In this document: positions 57,938 through 64,000 of the stretch, one piece after another
Layout of the letters: every line of letters starts with the position of its first letter
Position numbering within the stretch: position 1 is the stretch's first letter
From: an uncultured Spirochaetota bacterium
GTDB taxonomy: Bacteria; Spirochaetota; Spirochaetia; SZUA-6; DRHE01
NCBI GenBank assembly: GCA_963745745.1
Contig: CAVUYS010000006.1
Location: forward strand, 4,503 to 68,502
Length of the DNA: 64,000 nucleotides
Direction of reading: 5' to 3'
Made by a program: the position numbers and the translations under genes
The notes under the pieces: generated by a model
Database searches by the model: none
Told to the model about the DNA's origin: nothing
What the model saw: the letters and a program-made list of their open reading frames with translations, nothing else

Positions 57938-59252
57938 ACGGACTCCTTTGCGCGCAGAATCTGCTCCAGATCGGGCTTGCCGATCTCCTGCAGCTCGTAG
58001 CCGACGCGGAGCATCGGCTTGCCGATCTTGATGATGCGGGTCAGGTCCACCGGGGTGGCCACCACCACCAGGTCGCAGTCCACCGCCTCGATGGTCGCTT
58101 CCAGGTCGCGGATCTGCTCCTTCCCGTAGCCCACCGCGGGCAGCACCTGCCCGATGCCCGGGTAGGCCTCGAAGGTGCGCCGGATCAGGCCCTTGGCGTA
58201 CGGGCGCGGGTCCACGATGGAGGCGGCGCCGTACTTGCGGGCGGCCATGACCCCGGCCCCGTACTTCATTTCCCCGTGGGTCAGGGTGGGGCCGTCCTCC
58301 ACCACCAGGACCCTCTTCCCGGCGATGACCTGGCCGCCTTCCACCAGCAGCGGGGAAGCGGCGTCCACCACGGCGGCCTTGGGGTTCAGGCGCAGGATGC
58401 TGGCCCGCACCGCGTCCACCCCTTCGGGGGAGGCGGTTTCGATCTTGTTGATCACGATGACGTCGGCCCGCAGCAGGTTGACGCGCCCCGGGAAGTAGGA
58501 CAGCTCGTGCCCCGGGCGGTGGGGGTCCACCAGGGTGATCCACAGGTCCGGCTTGAAGAAGGGGATGTCGTTGTTGCCGCCGTCCCAGAGGACGACCTGG
58601 GCCTCTTTCTGCGGCCTCGGCCAGGATGGCCGCGTAGTCCACCCCGGCGTAGACGGTGAAGCCCATCTTCGAGGTGCGGCTCGTACTCTTCCATTTCTTC
58701 TATAGTGCAGCCGTGCTTCTGCATGTCCTCCAGGCTCTGGAAGCGCTGCACCCGCTGGCGCTCCAGGTCCCCGTAGGGCATGGGGTGGCGCACCACCACC
58801 GCCCGGCGGCCGTGGTCTTTCAGGATCTGGGCCACCCGGCGGGTGGTCTGGCTCTTGCCGCAGCCCGTGCGCACCGCGCACACGGCGATCACCGGCACCT
58901 TGGCCTGGAGCATGGACTGCCCGGCGCCGATCAGGCGGAAGTCCGCGCCGCAGGCCACCACCTCGGAGGCCTTCTCCATGACGTGCTGGTGGGACACGTC
59001 GGAGTAGGAGAACACCACCTCCTCCACCTTCTCCCGCTCCACCAGGGCCGGCAGCTCCGCCTCGGCCAGGATGGGGATGCCTTCCGGGTAGTGCCTGCCG
59101 GCCAGGGCCGGCGGGTAGCGGCGCCCTTCGATGTTGGGGATCTGGGTGGCGGTGAAGGCCACCACCCGCACGTCGGTGCGGTCGCGGAACAGCACGTTGA
59201 AGTTGTGGAAGTCGCGCCCCGCGGCTCCCATGATGACCAGCTTGCGCGCCAT
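57922..59252 (-). pseudogene. P-loop NTPase of the cyclic 2,3-diphosphoglycerate synthetase-like family, two frameshifts as assembled
   Basis: MARKLVIMGAAGRDFHNFNV…AVRTGCGKSQTTR…VVRHPMPYGDL…EEYEPH in one frame. GFTVYAGVDYAAILAEA is in a second frame. …VVLWDGGNNDIPFFKPDL…INKIE… is in a third. Shifts near 58668 and 58615. Confidence 0.7.
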
Positions 59253-59353
59253 GGTGCTATAAATTACCCCAACCCGGGAGGCCGTTGCAAGCAATCGGGC
59301 CGCGTGCGGCTGGCCGCCTGCGGCGGCCCGGCGCTGCCCGCCGCTCCCCGTGA

Positions 59354-59383
59354 TTGACACGGCCGCGGGGGCCCCGCTATCAT
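59354..59383 (+). promoter_or_regulatory. sigma70-like promoter TTGACA-18-TATCAT for tRNA-Leu
   Basis: TTGACA 59354-59359 and TATCAT 59378-59383, 11 nt before the mature tRNA 5' end. Confidence 0.5.
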
Positions 59384-59394
59384 GGTCCATATCC

Positions 59395-59479
59395 GCTGCG
59401 GTGGTGGAATTTGGTAGACACGCTAGCTTGAGGGGCTAGTGCGGGTTTCCGCATGGAGGTTCAAGTCCTCTCCGCAGCA
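59395..59479 (+). tRNA. tRNA-Leu (anticodon GAG), class II with long variable arm, CCA not encoded
   Basis: Manual fold: acceptor GCTGCGG/CCGCAGC, D-arm GTGGAATTTGGTAGACAC, anticodon stem CTAGC/GCTAG with loop TTGAGGG (GAG at 34-36), variable arm GCGGGTTTCCGCA, T-arm GGAGGTTCAAGTCCTCT, discriminator A. Confidence 0.85.
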
Positions 59480-59486
59480 AAGCTCG

Positions 59487-62114
59487 ATGCCCGAGCAGAT
59501 ATTGGCCACCAAGCTCCACGTCCCCGCGCCCCGGCCGAAGGCGGTCCCCCGCCCCCGGTTGATCGAGCGGTTGAACGAGGGCCTCCACCACAAACTGACG
59601 CTGATCTCGGCCCCCGCCGGTTTCGGCAAGACCACGCTGGTCAGCGAATGGATTGCCGGCAGCAGGCAGCCGGCCGCCTGGCTCTCGCTGGACGAAGGGG
59701 ACAGCGATCCGACCCGCTTTCTGGCCTATCTGGTCGCCGCGCTGCGATCGGTCGCGGCAAATATCGGAGAAGGGGTATCGGCCGTCTCCAGTCCCCCAAT
59801 CGCCGCCGACCGAATCGATCCTGACGGCCCTGCTCAATGAAATCGCCGCCATCCCGGAAGCCTTCATCCTCGTGCTTGACGACTATCACCTCATCGATGC
59901 CAAGCCGGTCGAGGATGCCCTCGCCTTCCTGCTCGAGCACCTGCCGCCGCGCATGCACCTGGTCATCGCCACCCGCGAGGATCCCCGGCTCCCCCTGGCC
60001 CGGCTGCGCGCCCGGGGGCAGATGGCCGAGCTGCGCGCCGCGGACCTGCGCTTCACCCCCGCCGAAACCACCGAGTTCCTCAACCGGATGATGGGGCTGG
60101 GCCTCGCGGCGGAAGACATCGCCGCGCTGGAAACCCGGACCGAGGGTTGGATCGCCGGCCTGCAACTGGCCGCGATCTCGATGCGGGGACATGAGGATGC
60201 CCCAGGCTTCATCAGATCGTTCACCGGCAGCCACGGTTTCGTGCTGGATTACCTGGTGGAAGAAGTCCTGGAACGGCAGCCCGAAAGCGTCCAGACCTTC
60301 CTGCTGCGCACCTCGATCCTCGACCGCCTGTGCGGTCCCCTGTGCGACGCCGTCCTGCCCGGCTCCTCCGCCTCCGGCCAGGCGACCCTGGAATACCTCG
60401 AACACGCCAACCTGTTCATCGTTTCCCTCGACAATGAGCGGCGCTGGTACCGCTATCACCATCTTTTCGCGGAATTGCTGAGGCAGCGGCAGCAAAGGAA
60501 AGCCGCAGTCGACGGCCGAGCTGCACGGCCTGGCCAGCCAGTGGTACGAAGACAACGGCCTGGAAATCGATGCGTTCCACCACGCCGCCGCCGCCAACGA
60601 CATCGAGCGCGCGGAGCGCCTGATCGAAGGAAAGGGGATGCCCCTGTACTTCCGCGGCGCGATGGCCCCGGTCCTTCACTGGCTGGAGTCGCTGCCGACC
60701 GCGGTCCTGGATGCCAGGCCTTCGTTGTGGGTGACGTATGCCTCGTCGTTGATGATGTCGGGCAAACCGGGCGGCGTCGAACCGAAACTGCAGGCCGCCG
60801 AAGCCGCCCTGCAAAGCGCCGAACCGGACGGCAAGACGCGGAACCTCGTGGGACACATTGCCGCCATGCGGGCCCTGGTGGCCGCCTCCCGGAACGAGGC
60901 GGAAACCATGATTGCCCAGTCGCGCCGCGCACTGGAGTATCTGCATCCCGACAACCTGTCCGTCCGCACCATCACGTCCCTGACGCTCGGGATCGCCCAT
61001 CAGCTCCAGGGAGACCGCGCCGCGGCCGGCCGGGTCTTTGCCGAAGCCATGGACATCGGCCAGGCGTCCGGGAACATGATGATCACCGCGGCGGCCGCGA
61101 CCTCTCTTGGCCAGGTGCAGGAATCGGAAAACCAGCTCCATCCGGCGGCCGAGACCTACCGGCGCCTCCTGCCGATGGTCGGCGATCCGGCCCATATGGT
61201 GACCGGCGAAGCACACCATGGCCTGGCCCGGATATACTACCAATGGAACGACCTGGATGCCGCCGAGCGGCACGCGCAGCAGTGCGCCCGACTGGCGCAG
61301 CAGATAGAATGTGACATAGCCGTTGCCTGCGAGGTGCTGCTTGCCCGCCTCAGGCTTGCGCGGGGAGATCCAGCCGGCGCGGCTGCCCTGTTGGCCAGGG
61401 CCGGCGAGACCGCCCGCGCGTCGAACTTCGTGAACCAGCTCCCTCACATCGCCGCGGCGCAGGTGATTACGCTGCTTCACCAGGGCAATCCCGCGGCAGC
61501 CGCCCAGGTGGCGCAATCCCATGACATACCCCTGAGCCAGGCCCGGGTCATGCTGGCCCGGGGGGACGCCGCCGCGGCGCTTGCGCTTTTGGAGCCGATA
61601 CGCGGACACATGGATGCCAAAGTGCTGGCACGATGAGCGGCTGAAGATCATGATCCTGCAGGCATTGGCGCTCCATGCGCAGGGCGATACGGACGACGCC
61701 CTGCGGCACCTGGGCGACGCGCTCGCGCTGGCCCAGCCCGGCGGCTTCGTCCGCATCTTCGTGGACGAGGGTCCGCGAATGGCCAGTCTGTTGTCCGAAG
61801 CGGCCACGAACGGGATCATGCCGGACTATACGGCACGGCTGCAAACGGCATTCGAGGCCGAGGATCGAAAGAGCGAAGTCGACTCCGATCCGAATCATTG
61901 CCAGGGCCTGTGATCCTTGAGCCGACGGGAGTTGGAAGTATTGCGCCTTGTCGCCCAGGGGCTCTCGAACCAGGAGATCAGCGAGCGGCTTTTCCTCTCC
62001 TTGAGCACCGTGAAGGGGCATAATCTGAGGATTTTCGAGAAGCTGCAGGTGAAAAGACGCACCGAAGCCATAGCCCGCGCCCGCGAATTGGGCCTGCTGC
62101 GGTCAAAGCACTAG
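59487..62114 (+). pseudogene. MalT-like LuxR family regulator (STAND NTPase + TPR-like + LuxR HTH), at least four to five frame interruptions
   Basis: MPEQILATKLHVPAPRPKAVPRPRLIERL…LISAPAGFGKTTL (P-loop)…ILVLDDYH (Walker B)…EGWIAGLQLAAIS…, a long helical-repeat region, and C-terminal [35 protein letters not shown]. The pieces lie in different frames (breaks near 59785, 60520, 61620, 61905-61920). Confidence 0.8.
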
Positions 62115-62199
62115 AACTTCTTCACATCTAAAAACAGTACCTCAAATCAATACTAAAGTCTCTATGTCGCCATACGGTCGCGTGGTTAGTCTCCGCGCC

Positions 62200-62415
62200 A
62201 TGATCTATCAGATCAGGATCAAGGGCCTTCTGGATCGTCAGTGGACGGACTGGTTCGGCGGCATGACCATCTCTGCGACGGAAGACGGCGACACCCTGTT
62301 GACCGGTCCGGTCGAGGATCAGGCCGCGCTGCACGGGCTGCTGAAGAAAGTGCGCGATTCGGGAATGTCATTGGTCTCGGTCGGCCCCATCGAGCCCGAC
62401 CGAGGAGGAAGATGA
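62200..62415 (+). CDS. small conserved hypothetical protein
   Basis: MIYQIRIKGLLDRQWTDWFGGMTISATEDGDTLLTGPVEDQAALHGLLKKVRDSGMSLVSV… I recall similar small proteins but cannot name the family. The ORF also has an upstream in-frame start at 62164. Confidence 0.45.
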   Translation: MIYQIRIKGLLDRQWTDWFGGMTISATEDGDTLLTGPVEDQAALHGLLKKVRDSGMSLVSVGPIEPDRGGR

Positions 62416-62458
62416 GTAGATCCGCCCGAAACCAGAGAGAAGTCAAGTCCAAGGAGGA

Positions 62459-62882
62459 ATGAGATGCAAACACAGACCATGGATCAGGAAAGTGCTTCTT
62501 TCCACGCTCTGGATATTCGCGATGTTCAATTATCTTTACGCGGATGTGTACACGCTGTTCTTCAATCCCGTGCTTCAGAAAGAATCGTGGCAGAAGTTCG
62601 CTGGAAGGATTCGCCGGATCCATTCCCATCACCCAGGGATTCGTGCTGATAACAGCGGTATTGATGGAAACGGCGATTGCCATGGTCATCCTGTCCCGGG
62701 TATTGAAGTACAGGGCGAATCGCTGGGTGAACATCGTCTCGGGCGCATTCCATACCCTGTTCGTCTTCTGGTCGCTGATCGGGGACCCGTGAACTCTTTT
62801 CTATGTCTTTTTTGCAGTCATCGAAATGGCGTGCACCCTGCTCATCGTCTGGCTGGCAATCAGGTGGAAACCGAGCGGCTGA
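62459..62882 (+). pseudogene. small multi-TM membrane protein, two frameshifts as assembled
   Basis: Hydrophobic pieces in three frames: …KVLLSTLWIFAMFNYLYADVYTLFFNPV…, …FAGSIPITQGFVLITAVLMETAIAMVILSRVLKYRANRWVNIVSGAFHTLFVFWSLIGDP, and …FYVFFAVIEMACTLLIVWLAIRWKPSG, ending at TGA 62880-62882. Confidence 0.5.
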
Positions 62883-62893
62883 GTGACAGAGAT

Positions 62894-62929
62894 GCAAAGA
62901 GCCGGAATGGCGACAAACCGGCTCTTTGC
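62894..62929. terminator. bidirectional stem-loop terminator between convergent genes
   Basis: Perfect 12-bp stem GCAAAGAGCCGG/CCGGCTCTTTGC with a 12-nt loop, read directly. Confidence 0.65.
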
Positions 62930-62937
62930 TTGCCTCA

Positions 62938-63708
62938 TCAGCGGCTCAATACTCGACGTTTATACGCCCGCATCGCGAAGAAATAAGCTACAGCCATGAT
63001 CCCGACACACCACGCGATGGCTATCCAGATGTCGTTCCCGACCGGCTGGTTCGACAGCAGCGCGCGTATTGCGTCTACAATCGAGGTTACCGGTTGGTTT
63101 TCCGCGAAGACCCGGACAGCAGGAGGCATGGTGCCGGTCGGTACAAACGCGGAGCTGATGAACGGGAGAAAAACCAGTGGAAAGGAAAAGGCGCTCGCTC
63201 CGTCAATCGTCTTTGCTGACAGCCCCGCAATCGCGGCAATCCATGTCAGGGCCAGCGTAAAAAGCGCGAGGATTCCAATGACGGCAAGCCAGGACAGAAT
63301 GCCGGCGGGCGAGCGGAAGCCCATCAAGAGCGCGACAAGGACAATGACGACAAGTGAAATCGCGTTTGAAACCAGGGACGTCAGAACATGGCCCCACAGA
63401 ACGGCGGAGTGAGCGATCGGCATGGAGTGGAACCGTTCGAATATCCCCTTCTGGACATCCAGGAACAGCCTGTACGCCGTGTACGCGATGCCGCTGGCGA
63501 TGGCGATCAGAAGGATGCCGGGCAACAGGTAGTTCACGTAGTTGTCCGTCCCCGACTGGATCGCGCCGCCGAACACGTAGACGAACAACAGCATGAACAG
63601 GATCGGCATGAGGGCGACCTTGATGATGGTATCCATGCTGCGGAAGATGTGCCGCATGGAACGCCCCAGCATCACGCTCATGTCACTGAGAAGGTATCTG
63701 GCCTCCAT
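62938..63708 (-). CDS. ABC-2 type exporter permease (DrrB-like)
   Basis: Intact 256-aa six-TM ORF. Start sits directly after the upstream ATPase gene (TAAATG junction). Confidence 0.8.
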   Translation of the reverse strand: MEARYLLSDMSVMLGRSMRHIFRSMDTIIKVALMPILFMLLFVYVFGGAIQSGTDNYVNYLLPGILLIAIASGIAYTAYRLFLDVQKGIFERFHSMPIAHSAVLWGHVLTSLVSNAISLVVIVLVALLMGFRSPAGILSWLAVIGILALFTLALTWIAAIAGLSAKTIDGASAFSFPLVFLPFISSAFVPTGTMPPAVRVFAENQPVTSIVDAIRALLSNQPVGNDIWIAIAWCVGIMAVAYFFAMRAYKRRVLSR

Positions 63709-64000
63709 TTACTGTATCCTCCCGAGTCATATGCAGGAATATCTCCTCCAGCGTCGGCTGCTTTTCGACATACTCAACTTTCGCGGGCGGAAACAGCTTT
63801 TTGAGCTCCGCTGAGCGTCGCATCAGCAACAATCCGACCCTCATGCAGGATGGCAATTCGATCCGCAAGCTCTTCCGCCTCGTCAAGGTATTGCGTGGTC
63901 AGGAAGACCGTTGTGCCGCCCTTCGCCAGCTCCCTGATCATTTCCCAGACCTGGAGGCGCGCCTCTGGGTCCAGCCCTGTCGTCGGCTCGTCAAGAAAGA
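63683..64000 (-). pseudogene. ABC exporter ATP-binding protein (DrrA-like), C-terminal part (5' end outside window), frameshifted as assembled
   Basis: Reverse translation gives …[58 protein letters not shown]…, then …[30 protein letters not shown] in another frame (shift near 63835). A natural end …GRIQ-TAA abutting the permease ATG is in yet another frame. Confidence 0.75.

Noticed and set aside
59395-59479. tRNA-Leu as an integration site of a genomic island
   Set aside because: There is no integrase-like ORF within the flanking kilobases. I did not see a direct repeat of the tRNA 3' half downstream. This was checked by eye only.

Overview
GC-rich bacterial chromosomal segment dominated by sugar and polyol catabolism. 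It holds four CUT2-type ABC sugar transporter sets, three DeoR regulators, five SDRs, two Zn-dependent dehydrogenases, glycerol kinase, a Gfo/Idh/MocA oxidoreductase, a bicupin, and a PfkB kinase + SIS pair. The main feature (21.2-33.8 kb, minus strand) is two tandem bacterial microcompartment (BMC) loci of the deoxyribose-phosphate aldolase/RpiB (SPU-like) type. Each has its own divergent DeoR gene. Locus A encodes 2 BMC-H, a permuted BMC-T, a tandem BMC-T, 4 BMC-P, an acylating aldehyde dehydrogenase, RpiB, DERA and an SDR. Locus B encodes an SDR, a permuted BMC-T, BMC-H, 4 BMC-P, RpiB, DERA and an aldose epimerase, but has no aldehyde dehydrogenase. That gives eight pentamer genes in about 9 kb. 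A two-gene shell block is near-identical between the loci while everything around it has diverged. A 5'-truncated PduL phosphotransacylase lies 18 kb away. Other content: a NuoE/NuoF/(2Fe2S-GltD-NuoG-like) putative flavin-based bifurcating oxidoreductase cluster, RecQ, an AIR-synthase-like + ferredoxin pair, an FTR1 iron permease, RdgB, NrnA-like, an M24 peptidase, ornithine carbamoyltransferase, tRNA-Leu(GAG), a badly disrupted MalT/LuxR-type regulator, and an ABC-2 exporter. Major caveat: by manual reading, about 24 of about 73 protein genes carry roughly 35-40 single-base frame interruptions, plus one truncation and one internal stop. From sequence alone I cannot tell assembly indels from real pseudogenisation. 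Interrupted genes are typed pseudogene 'as assembled', and frameshift coordinates are approximate. No CRISPR array, transposase or integrase was seen.
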